From Candidatus Krumholzibacteriota bacterium (GTDB lineage: Bacteria > Krumholzibacteriota > Krumholzibacteriia > JAJRXK01), in the NCBI GenBank assembly GCA_963764625.1, contig CAVXTH010000006.1:416001-480000 (forward strand): a DNA stretch of 64,000 bases. The letters are read 5' to 3'. This document shows positions 10,940 to 22,946 of the stretch, piece after piece (position 1 is the first letter of the stretch; every line of letters starts with the position of its first letter). The notes beneath the pieces are model-generated. The model saw only the letters and a list, made by a program, of their open reading frames with translations, did not search any database and had not been told where the DNA came from. The position numbers and the translations under genes were made by a program.

Positions 10940-12243
10940 TCGTGGACACGAAGAAAGAGAAGGAGTATCGCAGCCTGGGCGAGATCCTCCGCGATTGCCG
11001 CGAGCAACGCGGTCTTTCGGTGGAGGACGTTTCGGAATCCACCAAGATCTCCCCCCGTGTTCTGAGCTCTCTGGAAGCGGACGGAGTGGGAGAGCTGGCT
11101 GGTCCCCTCTACGTTCGTAGCTTCGTCAAGACTCTGGCCGCATTCTACGATCAAGATGAGGCGTGGCTTCTCACGCGCCTGGAGACTCTCGATCAAGAGG
11201 CCACCCGCCCGGTCGCGCCGGTGAGCCTCCCCAAGAGCGACTCCCACATTCCGCTCCCCACTCCCAAGACCGTCCTCCCGAAACCGCCGCGTGAGGTAAC
11301 CACCTGGAGAGTGGAAACCGTCGACGACACCACGGTGAAACGGATCGAGGGCCGCGGCACCCTGCCGAACTCGCGCGCGTGGTGGATCCTGCTGGCGATC
11401 GTGGTGCTTCTCCTCGTATTCTGGCTCGTTCGGCGTGGCGGCTCGGAAGCGCAACCCCTGAGCACGAGCAACGCTCCGGGTGCACATGCCGACGAGATGA
11501 TCACGCGCGGAAGCGGTGCCTCGGACGATGGATTCGTTGCCGGCACGCAGTCGGCGCAGGCTTCGCAACCGACCGCCAATGCTCTCGCCGCGCAGAAGGA
11601 CTCGACCGAGGAGGATCGCGCGTCGGTGGTCGTGCCGGCGAGAGAGTCCAAGCTGGCCAACGCGGTTCCCGAACCCGGCAAGCCGAGCGTGAATCTGGAT
11701 CGCGCGATTTTGGCCGGGGGCGACGCGGGTTCCGCACCGGCCCGCCAGAATCCCTCTCCGGCCGTGAATACGCCCAAGCCCAAGCCAGCGGCGGACGATT
11801 CGTCCGAGACCCAACCCCCACCGAAGCAACCACCCAAGAGCGAAGCGGCGGACGACAACCTCCAAGAGACCGAACCCACCGAATCGAGTCCCGCACCCAT
11901 CCAGACAACCCAGGAACGACCGGCACCCCAGGAGACCAAGAGCGTGCAGAGACTGGGGAGCATCGTGCGTCCCGGTTTGAAGCCTCCCGTCGCGGGCGAA
12001 CTCGCGTTGGACCTGAGGGCCACGCGAGCGACCGAGGTGCGTGTTTCGGTGGACGGCGGCAGCCGACAGCGCCGCACTCTCGCCGCGGGTGAGGTCTGGC
12101 ACCTCACCGGGCGCGATCACTTCTCTCTCTTCTTCGCGGATCCCACCGCGATGGAGGTTCGGCTCAACGACACCGTCGTGACTCCGCCCGCGGGTCTCGA
12201 TGGAGGCGAGTGGCTGCTCTATCCTCACGCCGACAGCCAGTAG
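10936..12243 (+). CDS. RodZ-like protein (XRE HTH, TM helix, low-complexity linker, DUF4115-like C-terminus)
   Basis: [20 protein letters not shown]...[13 protein letters not shown], one TM ([17 protein letters not shown]), Pro/Ala-rich linker and a beta-rich end. Overlaps the valS stop (GTGA). Confidence 0.8.
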   Translation: MIVDTKKEKEYRSLGEILRDCREQRGLSVEDVSESTKISPRVLSSLEADGVGELAGPLYVRSFVKTLAAFYDQDEAWLLTRLETLDQEATRPVAPVSLPKSDSHIPLPTPKTVLPKPPREVTTWRVETVDDTTVKRIEGRGTLPNSRAWWILLAIVVLLLVFWLVRRGGSEAQPLSTSNAPGAHADEMITRGSGASDDGFVAGTQSAQASQPTANALAAQKDSTEEDRASVVVPARESKLANAVPEPGKPSVNLDRAILAGGDAGSAPARQNPSPAVNTPKPKPAADDSSETQPPPKQPPKSEAADDNLQETEPTESSPAPIQTTQERPAPQETKSVQRLGSIVRPGLKPPVAGELALDLRATRATEVRVSVDGGSRQRRTLAAGEVWHLTGRDHFSLFFADPTAMEVRLNDTVVTPPAGLDGGEWLLYPHADSQ

Positions 12244-12254
12244 CCGGGAGCGCC

Positions 12255-14342
12255 ATGGGCCGAGAGTTCAAACTCCATCAGCCGTTTCAGCTCACGGGGG
12301 ATCAGCCGCGTGCGGTCAAGGAGCTCGTGGAGGCCTATCGCGCCGGTCAGACCGAGCAGGTGCTCTTGGGGGTGACGGGCAGCGGCAAGACCTACACCAT
12401 GGCCAACGTGATTCAGGAACTCCAGATTCCCACTCTGGTGCTGAGTCACAACAAGACACTCGCGGCGCAGCTCTTCGGAGAGCTGCGCGGATTCTTTCCC
12501 GAGAACGCGGTCGAGTTCTTCATCTCGTATTACGACTACTATCAGCCCGAGGCGTTCATTCCTTCCTCCAACACCTACATCGAGAAAGACGCCAGCATCA
12601 ACGACGAGATCGACCGGCTTCGCCTGCGGGCGACATCCTCGCTCCTGGCGCGGAAGGATGTCATCGTGGTGGCCAGCGTTTCATGCATTTTCGGACTGGG
12701 CAATCCGGAGAATTTCAGGCGCCAGGTCATCGCTCTAGAGGTGGGGGCTCACTTCGATCGCGAAAAGCTCTTGGCCGACCTCGTCTCCATTCAGTACAGG
12801 CGCAACGACGTCGCGTTCACGCGCGGGACCTTCCGGGTTCGCGGAGACGTGGTTGAGATCAGACCGGCTTACGAAGAGGAGATCGTTCGAGTCGAGCTCT
12901 TCGGCGACGAAATCGATCGCATTGCGGTCGTCGATCCCATCACGGGAGAGGTGCGTTCCCGCGTGAAGTCGTACACCATCTATCCCGCCAGCCTGTTCGT
13001 GACCGAGCGTGAGCAACTCGAGGGAATCGTGGATGGGATCGGCAAGGAGTTAGAGGAGCGGTTGGCGGAATTCGACGGCATGGGACGAGTGCTGGAGGCG
13101 CAGCGGCTCGCCTCGCGGACACGCTACGACATGGAGATGTTGTTGGAGATGGGCTATTGTTCGGGAGTCGAAAACTACTCCCGGTACTTCGACGGTCGAC
13201 GCCCCGGCCAGCGTCCAGCCTGTCTGCTCGACTACTTTCCCGACGAATGGCTTCTGATCATGGACGAGAGCCATGTCAGCGTGAGTCAAGTAGGCGCCAT
13301 GTACAACGGGGACCGGTCGCGCAAGGAAACCCTGGTGGAGCACGGTTTTCGCTTGCCGAGCGCATTGGATAACCGCCCGCTCACCTTCGAGGAGTTCAAC
13401 CAGATGAAGCCGGCGACGATCTACGTCAGCGCGACTCCCGGGGACTACGAGTTGAAGCGCTGCGGTGGTGTCGTGGTGGAGCAGATCATCCGGCCCACTG
13501 GCCTCATGGATCCCAGCGTCGCGCTTCGGCCAGTGGACGGTCAGGTCGATGATCTGATGAAGGAGATTCAGCGAACGGTGGCCCAGTCCTACCGCATTCT
13601 GGTCACGACTCTCACCAAACGTATGGCGGAAGATCTCACGGATTACCTCTCGACTCACGGGATCCGTGTCCAGTATCTCCACAGCGACATCGCTGCCCTC
13701 GATCGAGTCGAAATTCTGCGTGGACTCCGCTTGGGAGAGTTCGACGTGTTGGTCGGGATCAATTTGCTCCGCGAAGGTCTCGATCTGCCCGAGGTTGGCC
13801 TGGTGGCTGTTTTGGACGCGGACAAGGAGGGATTCCTTCGCAGCGAGCGAAGCCTCATTCAGACCGCGGGCCGCGCTGCGCGCAACGTGGATGGCCGCGT
13901 GATTCTGTACGCGGATTCCATGACCGGATCCATGCAACGTGCGATCGCAGAGACCAATCGGCGCCGCGACATTCAGCGGGCCTACAACGAAAAGCATGGT
14001 ATCATCCCGCGGAGCATTCAGAAATCGATGGAGGACATCCTGCTCAGCACGAGTGTGGCCGACGGCGTCCGCGAGGGTCCCAAGGAAGAGGACGCGCGGG
14101 GTCAACGCGGCGTGCTCGAACAACTCGGCGAGTTGAGTCCCTCCGAACTGCTCGAGCAACTCACGGCCGAGATGTACAAGGCGGCCAAGGAGCTCGATTT
14201 CGAAACCGCGGCAATCTTGCGCGATCGCATCGACGAACTCCGCCTGGAGCAGGAGTTGGCCGGACCCAAGAGCGTCCAGAAAGAACGCCGCCGGGCGAGC
14301 CGTGCCAAGAACCGAGGCAATTCCTCGAGGAGGTCGAAGTGA
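12255..14342 (+). CDS. uvrB: Excinuclease ABC subunit B
   Basis: [21 protein letters not shown] and [14 protein letters not shown] motifs, plus C-terminal UVR domain ([11 protein letters not shown]). Confidence 0.98.
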   Translation: MGREFKLHQPFQLTGDQPRAVKELVEAYRAGQTEQVLLGVTGSGKTYTMANVIQELQIPTLVLSHNKTLAAQLFGELRGFFPENAVEFFISYYDYYQPEAFIPSSNTYIEKDASINDEIDRLRLRATSSLLARKDVIVVASVSCIFGLGNPENFRRQVIALEVGAHFDREKLLADLVSIQYRRNDVAFTRGTFRVRGDVVEIRPAYEEEIVRVELFGDEIDRIAVVDPITGEVRSRVKSYTIYPASLFVTEREQLEGIVDGIGKELEERLAEFDGMGRVLEAQRLASRTRYDMEMLLEMGYCSGVENYSRYFDGRRPGQRPACLLDYFPDEWLLIMDESHVSVSQVGAMYNGDRSRKETLVEHGFRLPSALDNRPLTFEEFNQMKPATIYVSATPGDYELKRCGGVVVEQIIRPTGLMDPSVALRPVDGQVDDLMKEIQRTVAQSYRILVTTLTKRMAEDLTDYLSTHGIRVQYLHSDIAALDRVEILRGLRLGEFDVLVGINLLREGLDLPEVGLVAVLDADKEGFLRSERSLIQTAGRAARNVDGRVILYADSMTGSMQRAIAETNRRRDIQRAYNEKHGIIPRSIQKSMEDILLSTSVADGVREGPKEEDARGQRGVLEQLGELSPSELLEQLTAEMYKAAKELDFETAAILRDRIDELRLEQELAGPKSVQKERRRASRAKNRGNSSRRSK

Positions 14343-15202
14343 ACGCCACTCCAGCGGAATTCGGACCCTTGGAACTCGCGAGTGCGCGCCGCCTCATCGA
14401 GCAAGCTCTCATGGAAGACGGAGCGCGGAACGACATCACGACTTCGCTCTGTGTAAGAGAGGGGACGAGAGCCAAGGCGGTGATCCGTTCGCGTCAGGCC
14501 GGGGTGCTGGCCGGCCTTCCCTGTGTCGCACTCACCCTGTCCGCTCTGAGCCAGGACTTCGAACTGGTGGAGGACTGTGAAGATGGTCAGCGGCTGCAGG
14601 GGGGGGACGTGGTCGCGAGTCTGGAGGGTCCGCTCTCCCTTCTGCTCACGGCGGAGCGCACCTTCCTCAACCTCCTGTGCGGGCTCAGCGGCATCGCGAC
14701 CCTCACGCACACCTACGTGGAACGTGCCGGGCCTCATTGCCGTATCCTCGACACCCGCAAGACCTGGCCCGGGCTTCGCGTGCTGCAGAAGTACGCAGTG
14801 CGCTGCGGCGGGGGGAGCAACCATCGTATGGGGCTTTCAGACGCAGTCATGGTGAAGGACAACCACCGCGCCGGCGGTCGTATGCTGCAAGAGGTAGTGA
14901 ACTTGGCACGGTCGCAAACCCCCGAACTTCCCATCATCGTGGAAGCCGACGATCTTCCCTCGGTTTCTCAGGCGCTGGCTTTGGGCGTGGACCGCGTCCT
15001 CCTGGACAACTTCGACGCGGCAGGGGTACGCGAGGCATGCCGGTTGCGCAAGGAGCTGGCCGTCGAGATTCCCTTCGAGGTGTCCGGCGGGGTCCATCTG
15101 GATTCGGTGGCCGAGCTGGCGCGTGCCGGCGCGGACATGGTCTCGGTAGGAGCATTGACCCACTCGGCGCCCGCCCTGGATCTGGGCCTCGATCTGAGTT
15201 AG
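14339..15202 (+). CDS. nadC: Quinolinate phosphoribosyltransferase
   Basis: DTRKT, HRMGLSD, KDNH, LLDN, EVSGG and SVGALTHS motifs. Confidence 0.95.
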   Translation: MNATPAEFGPLELASARRLIEQALMEDGARNDITTSLCVREGTRAKAVIRSRQAGVLAGLPCVALTLSALSQDFELVEDCEDGQRLQGGDVVASLEGPLSLLLTAERTFLNLLCGLSGIATLTHTYVERAGPHCRILDTRKTWPGLRVLQKYAVRCGGGSNHRMGLSDAVMVKDNHRAGGRMLQEVVNLARSQTPELPIIVEADDLPSVSQALALGVDRVLLDNFDAAGVREACRLRKELAVEIPFEVSGGVHLDSVAELARAGADMVSVGALTHSAPALDLGLDLS

Positions 15203-15204
15203 AC

Positions 15205-15993
15205 GTGGACACCGCACTCGAACTGCCCGGTCTCACCGCCGTCCGCTTCGGCCGCAGCGGGAAGTTCTTTCCCGTGGTCGATTCCACGAACCAACGATTG
15301 CTGGAATGGGCGTCGGAGGGTGCGCCGCACGGAGCGAGCATTCTCGCTCTGGCCCAGACGGAGGGAAGAGGTCGCCAGGGACGTAGCTGGGAAAGCGAAG
15401 CGGGCTGCGGACTCTACGCTTCTCTGCTCCTTCGTCCCGAGAGCACTCTGGTGGGTACCGCCGCATTCTCCCTGGTGACCGCGCTCACGGTGGCGGAAAC
15501 GCTGCGCGCGACTGCGGCGATTGAGTGCACCCTGAAATGGCCCAACGACGTCTGCCTGCAGGGGAAGAAACTCGCCGGGATTCTGCTCGAGGCTCGCGGG
15601 GGCAGCCAGCCGGTGGTCGTGGTCGGCCTGGGACTCAACCTGAAGCCTCCAGCGGGGGGATGGCCTCCCACCCTGCGCGCGCGCGCCATCGCTCTGTCCG
15701 AAACGACGGTCCGGATGCCCTCCGAGCGGGGACTCTGGGCCCAGGTGCTGAATCGGCTCGAGCAAAAGTGGGAATTGTTTCGCGCGAAAGGATTCTCCGC
15801 CTTTCAAGAGGAATGGGACGCGCGCGATCGTCTGCGAGGGGAAGACGTTCGGGTGCAGAGCGGACAGCACCGCTTCACGTGCCGGGTGGAAGGAGTGGAC
15901 TCCGAGGGCCGTCTCCGCGCGAGAGTCGAGGACGGTTCGGTGTTGCGTCTGGAAGCGGGAGAAGTTCATCTGGAAAACGGAGGCGAGGAATGA
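15205..15993 (+). CDS. birA: Biotin--[acetyl-CoA-carboxylase] ligase (no N-terminal HTH)
   Basis: DSTN, QTEGRGRQGRSW, LKWPND and KKLAGILLE motifs. Start (GTG 15205) is inferred. Confidence 0.9.
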   Translation: MDTALELPGLTAVRFGRSGKFFPVVDSTNQRLLEWASEGAPHGASILALAQTEGRGRQGRSWESEAGCGLYASLLLRPESTLVGTAAFSLVTALTVAETLRATAAIECTLKWPNDVCLQGKKLAGILLEARGGSQPVVVVGLGLNLKPPAGGWPPTLRARAIALSETTVRMPSERGLWAQVLNRLEQKWELFRAKGFSAFQEEWDARDRLRGEDVRVQSGQHRFTCRVEGVDSEGRLRARVEDGSVLRLEAGEVHLENGGEE

Positions 15994-16766
15994 GGGTTCT
16001 GAGCCTGGACATCGGCAACAGCAAGGGTGCGGTGGCGCTGGTCGAGAACGGTCGGGTGACGGCAAGCCTGCGCCGGGAGCACCGTCGGGATGCACCGGAG
16101 GACTCGCTGCGCGCACTCCACCGTTGGTGCGGCGAGCGCGTGGGGGAGAGTGCGGTCGAGGGAATCGTGGTGGCGAGTGTGGTGCCCGAGCTGCTCGTGA
16201 GCTGGCTTTCCCTCTGGCAACAGAGCGAAGCGACTTGCGCGTTCACGCCGCAAGTCGTGACGGCGGAAACTCCCTTTCCCTTCGCGGTGGACATCGAAGA
16301 TCCCACGGGAGTAGGAGCGGATCGCTGGTGCAATCTGGCCGCGGCGGCGGCGCGCGGATACGAGAGCGCGCTCGTCGTCGATCTGGGAACCGCCAACACT
16401 TACGATCTATTGCTCGCAGGTCACTTCCGGGGCGGACTCATCGCGCCGGGACTGGTCACCTCTCTTCGTGCGCTGTCACGCGAGAGTTCTCTTCTGCCCG
16501 AGGTCGAGTTCACGCGCCCTTCGCACCTGCTCGGGGGCGCGACGGTGGCGGCGATCGAGGCCGGCGCCTGGTACCAGGGGGTCTTGGGGGTGCGAGCTGT
16601 GATCGAGCGCCTTCTCTTCGAGCACCCCCAGACTCCCGTCCTGATGAGTGGGGGGCTGTGCCACAGGGTGGCCACCGAGCTCCCCGCGGACGCGCTTCTG
16701 GCACCGGACCTGACCCTCGAAGGCGCCGCCGCGCTCCTGCGCGTGCCCGGGACGCGGCGATCCTAG
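15990..16766 (+). CDS. coaX: Type III pantothenate kinase
   Basis: LDIGNS, GADRW, VDLGTANTYD and GGLIAPG motifs. ATGA overlap with birA; typical nadC-birA-coaX order. Confidence 0.9.
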   Translation: MRVLSLDIGNSKGAVALVENGRVTASLRREHRRDAPEDSLRALHRWCGERVGESAVEGIVVASVVPELLVSWLSLWQQSEATCAFTPQVVTAETPFPFAVDIEDPTGVGADRWCNLAAAAARGYESALVVDLGTANTYDLLLAGHFRGGLIAPGLVTSLRALSRESSLLPEVEFTRPSHLLGGATVAAIEAGAWYQGVLGVRAVIERLLFEHPQTPVLMSGGLCHRVATELPADALLAPDLTLEGAAALLRVPGTRRS

Positions 16767-16802
16767 CTCGAGCTCCCGGCCCGACTCCATCCGCGCGCTT
16801 TT

Positions 16803-16887
16803 TTAGCAGTCTTCCTCCGCGCTTGCCAAATCCCAGCAGCGTGACTATGCTTGAGGCCGATTAGCAGATGACATGATCGTCTGCTGA
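16803..16887 (+). promoter_or_regulatory. sigma70-like groESL promoter flanked by two degenerate CIRCE (HrcA) operators
   Basis: -35 TTGCCA (16823-16828), 17-nt spacer, -10 TATGCT (16846-16851). Operators TTAGCAGTC-N9-GCTTGCCAA (16803-16829) and TTAGCAGAT-N9-GTCTGCTGA (16861-16887), compared with consensus TTAGCACTC-N9-GAGTGCTAA. Confidence 0.7.
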
Positions 16888-16992
16888 AAACGGTTCTCAG
16901 GGAGAAAACCCACGGTTTCGCTCCCTAGTGGCCATTTTAAGGCCAGATCCATGAACGATCCGCCCCCTGTGGGCGGCTGCAGGAGGAGATCC

Positions 16993-17271
16993 ATGAGCAT
17001 CAAACCGCTTGGAGACCGCGTGTTGGTCCAGGCTCTGTCCAGCGAGAAGAGCAAAGGCGGGATCATCATTCCGGATACGGCCAAGGAGAAGCCCCAAGAG
17101 GGGAAGATCATCGCCGTCGGTCCCGGCCGCGTCGAGAACGGCGAGCGCGTGAAGCCCGAGGTGAAGAAGGGCGATCTCGTGCTGTTCGGAAAGTACGCCG
17201 GCACCGAGATCACGGTCGACGCCAAGGAATATCTGATCATCAAGGAGTCCGACATCCTCGCGGTTCTCTAA
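16993..17271 (+). CDS. groES: Co-chaperonin GroES
   Basis: [23 protein letters not shown] and ESDILAV motifs; AGGAGG RBS. Confidence 0.98.
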   Translation: MSIKPLGDRVLVQALSSEKSKGGIIIPDTAKEKPQEGKIIAVGPGRVENGERVKPEVKKGDLVLFGKYAGTEITVDAKEYLIIKESDILAVL

Positions 17272-17323
17272 GCCGTGACCGGAATCCCGTACTTAGTTTT
17301 CTTAGCAAGGAGAGTCCACGATC

Positions 17324-18973
<1,650 letters not shown>

Positions 18974-18997
18974 AATCACGCCTCGTTCGGTTGATTC

Positions 18998-19033
18998 AAA
19001 GGGGCCGCGCCATGAGGTGCGGCCCCTTTTTTT
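18998..19033 (+). terminator. Intrinsic terminator of groESL
   Basis: Stem AAAGGGGCCGCGCC / GGTGCGGCCCCTTT ending in a T7 run. Confidence 0.9.
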
Positions 19034-19267
19034 GACCCGAGTCGAGCGTGGGTTGCACATTTTGCTCCCAGATCTCGCTTCTCTCCTTAGACGGCCCAGA
19101 ATCAAGGGTCTTCTGGCATTGGGGCGGGCTCGTGCGTCGGGTTGGGAGCCAACGACGTGCGTCCCGCCCCTTGCCTCGTCCCGCCCATTCTGGCCAGAAA
19201 TCGACGCGATATGATAGAATTCCGGCGAGCGCCCAAAAAGTTCCCCATTGGAATCTGGTCCCAAAAA

Positions 19268-19863
19268 GTGTCGTCCCCTACCGACTCACAGAATCACGGG
19301 CATCCTCCTGGCGATGCGCGATGATCCCGCACGCTGCGAGGAGCTTGCCGAAAACCTGTACAGCACACCTACCCTCATCTTGCACGAACTGGCACGGCGG
19401 CTGATGGTGGCCGAACGGAGCGATCACACTCTGCAACCCACGGCTCTCGTCAACGAAGCGTACCTTCGGCTGGTCGACAGCGAAAGCGTCGACTGGGAGG
19501 GGCGCAGTCACTTCTTCTGCATCGCAGCTCGCATCATGCGGCGGATCCTCATCGATCACGCGCGGGCGAAGGCGCGCGCCAAGCGGGGAGGGGAATGGCG
19601 GCGCGTTACCCTGGGGGATCATCTCCACCGGCGCGATTTTGACGCTCTGGAGCTGCTCGTTCTCGAGGATACCCTCCAGCAACTCGAGAGCCAGACACCC
19701 ACGGATGGCGAAGGTGGTCGAGTTGCGCGTGTTTGGCGGAATGACCATGAAGGAGATCGCCCAGGCGCTCGGTGTTTCCAAACGCACGGCGGACGAGGAT
19801 TGGAGCTTCGCCCGGCGTTGGCTGGCTCGTGAACTTTCCAGCGAGGAGAGGGGAGACCGGTGA
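19268..19863 (+). CDS. ECF sigma factor, TIGR02999-like kinase-associated type (frameshifted near 19700; start uncertain)
   Basis: HTLQPTALVNEAYLRL and IMRRILIDHARAKARAKRGG. Region 4 (VVELRVFGGMTMKEIAQALGVSKRTADEDWSFARRWL) continues in another frame. Confidence 0.85.
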
Positions 19864-22689
19864 GCGCGCTCGATGACAGTAACCAATCGCCGCGCTACTC
19901 CGACTGGGAATTCGAGCAGCTCCGAAAGGCCGTCCTGGCGGCATTGGCGCTCCCCGAAGTCGAGATCGGGTTTGCTACCTGAAACGAGAACTCGGTAAAG
20001 ACGAGCTGGTGGCCGACGCGCTGTCTTTGCTCGCCTCCGATCCCGACCGCGCGGATCGGGTCATCGACGGCTCGGTGCGGTCCGTTCTCGAGGAGGCCCT
20101 CGATGACGCGGATCGGACAGCGGACCTGGGCCGGACTCTAGGAACCTATCGGCTCGAGCGTGTGCTTGGCCGCGGTGGGATGGGGGTGGTCTATCTGGCG
20201 CACCAGCAGCAACCGATCGAACGGAGGGTCGCTCTCAAGATCGTCACTGGGGCGGCGATCATGCCTTCGATTCTGCGACGCTTCGAACTCGAACGACGAC
20301 TTCTCGGGACAGCTGGATCACCCGAACATCGCCAAGGTGCTCGATGCCAATCAGACCGAGGATGGCCGGCCTTATTTCGTCTTGGAGTACGTCGATGGAG
20401 TACCGATCACCGAGTACTGTCACGATCACGAGCTGAGTTTGCGGGAGCGACTCGTTCTCTTCCTGCAAGTGTGTCGTGCCGTCGATCACGCTCACCGTAG
20501 GGGCATCATCCACCGCGATCTCAAGCCGTCGAATCTGCTCGTGAGCCGGCAGGACGGCCTTCCACTGGCCAAGGTGATCGACTTCGGCATCGCGCGCGCG
20601 ATCGAGGAAGAGAGCGCGCTTGCTTCCCTGGCGACCATCGATGGGCACGTTCTGGGCACGCCGCAGTACATGAGTCCGGAACAGGCTCGAGGTGAGCGTG
20701 ATCGCATCGATACGCGTTCGGATGTCTACTCGCTCGGGGTCGTCCTCCATCAACTTCTCACCGATTCATTGCCCTACGAGGTCGACACGACCTCCTTGCT
20801 GGAGGTCCTGCGCGTGGTGGCCCAGGAGCCGCCCAAGCTCAGCCGCGAGAGCTTTCACGGGCGTCACGTTGCCCTCCGATCTGCGGAACATCCTGGCGAA
20901 GGCCCTCGAGAGCGAGCCGGATCGCCGCTACGGCGGCGTGCGCATGCTGGCCGACGACATCGAACGCTATCTGGATCGGCGGCCGGTGCTCGCGCGGAGG
21001 CCCGAGCACCCTGTACAACCTGCGCAAGGTGATCGAGCGCCATCCGTTGGCCGCGACGGCGCTGGTCCTTTTGCTCATCGTTTCGCTGGTATCGGCGATC
21101 GCGATGAGCGTGCTGTACCGGGGGCAGGTGGTGGCCCGCAGACACGAAACGCGCGAAGCCGACAAGTCGGCCGCCGTGCTTCAGTACATGGAGAGCGTGT
21201 TTGCCGCCGCGGACCCCGTGGAAGGAGGGCCAGACCAGACGATCGGGGAACTTCTGGATGGCGCGACCGGCCGCGCGGAGAGAGAGCTGGCCGACCAGCC
21301 TCTACTGCGGGCTGCGGTCCTGCGAACCCTGGCGAACTCGCAGGCCGCGCTGGATCAGTACGATGTCGCCCAGGAGACCTTCGACGGAGCCTTCGATGCC
21401 ATCGGCGAGGTGGATCCGCCGGATCCCCTGGAGAACGCGCGTCTGGAGCGAGCCTACGCTGCATTTGAGGAGAAGCGTGGTCACTTCCAGAGCGCCGTCC
21501 AGCACAGCGAAAAGGGCCTGCAAATCCTCGGCGAGGCTTCGCGCCAGGATCCAAAAACGCGTACGCAGCTTCTCTCGCAGTTGTTTGGGGGGCTGGACTC
21601 GGGGAATCGCTTCGCTGAGGCGGAGAGTGTGGCTACGCTGGAAGTCGACTATTCGCGTGTTCATCTCGGAGAGAAAAGTCCCGAGTATGCCCATGCGCTC
21701 TATGACCTGGGGGAAGCTCTGCGCTTCACCTCCGGATGGCAGGAGGCATTGCCCGTGCTGCGCGAGGCGACCGCCGCCGCGAAAAATGCCTTTGGAGCCG
21801 ACTCTCCCAAGTTGATCGAGTTCCTGAATCTCCTGGGCGTGGTAACGGCGAATGAGAACCCCGAGGAAGCTCTGGCGATTCGGCGGGATGTCCTCGAGCT
21901 GGCGGAAGAGACCTACGGACCCAAACACAGTCAGGTGGCAGTCCAAGCGAATAACCTGGCCACGGCCCTGCTCAACGCCCGCCGCTTCGAGGAGGCCGAG
22001 CCCTACGCTCTTCAGGCATTCGAAATTTGGGAGCACACGATGGGGCTACAGTCACACCTATTCCATCACTGGACTCGCCAATCTCGGATACCTCTACGCA
22101 AACCGCTGCCAGTTCGATCGCGCCCTCGATCGTCTCATGCTCGCGCGTTCGGTGTGTGATTCCCTGCAGGATGTCGAATTCGAGGCCGAAACCAGCGTCT
22201 TGGCAAACCGCGGCCTCACGTACATGGGTCTGGGACGATTTCAGGATGCCGAAGCGAGTTTCGAACGAGCGCTGGAGATCCAGCGAGCAAGTTTGGGCGA
22301 AAAGATCGCGCCCATGGCGTGGAACCGGAGCAATCTGGGTACGGCCTACCTCGAACTGGGTGAACCCACGAAGGCCAAATCTGAACTCGAGGCGGTCCAG
22401 GAGTTCATTGACACCTGGGGGAGAGTACAGCTCTGGGGGAAGAGTCAATCGGCATCGACTCGCGCGTGTCGAGGCCGCTCTTGGCGATTCCGCCCGGGCA
22501 CGCAAGGCGATCGAAGAACTGGCTCCTGAGTTACTGGAGGTCGAGCACTTGAGCTTCAACTTGAGTTTCGAACTCGCGCGCGGGGCGAAGTTGCTGCGGA
22601 GCTGGGGGGATGGCGATCTCGCCGAGCGCTACGAAGCGCGCCTCAGAGATTCTCCCTGCGCCTGCCTCGACTCGCTCTCAGCAAACTGA
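19860..22689 (+). CDS. Ser/Thr protein kinase with TM helix and TPR array (about 6 frameshifts; pseudogene or assembly error)
   Basis: GRGGMGVVY, VALK, HRDLKPSN, DFG, GTPQYMSPEQ and SDVYSLG motifs, then a TM helix and TPRs. Pieces switch frame near 19963, 20306, 20855, 21003, 22045 and 22420. GTGA overlap with the ECF stop. Confidence 0.85.
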
Positions 22690-22946
22690 CTCCGCGGAGC
22701 ACAGTCGCGAAGCCGCGGCTCATCGCTGGCTCAAATCAAACTGCACAATCGTCCGCTCAATCTCGCTTCTCTAGATGAAGCCCTCGCACTCGAAGCGAGC
22801 GATCCTCTTCGCTCGCCAAACGAGGTTCACGGTCCCCACCTCTCGTGCGAGCGCAAATTTCCGGGCTCCCTCACCAAGTTCCCCCCCGGCGAGCCTCCTG
22901 GATCGGAGTGCTCGTGTGGTCCCCTAGTCATCGAGGTGACGAAGCC

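Noticed and set aside
11450-11940. Pro/Ala/Gln low-complexity tract
   Set aside because: This is an ordinary RodZ-type periplasmic linker.
19860-22689. Programmed frameshifting or phase variation in the kinase
   Set aside because: About six shifts of mixed sign with no consistent slippery sequence fit error or decay better.
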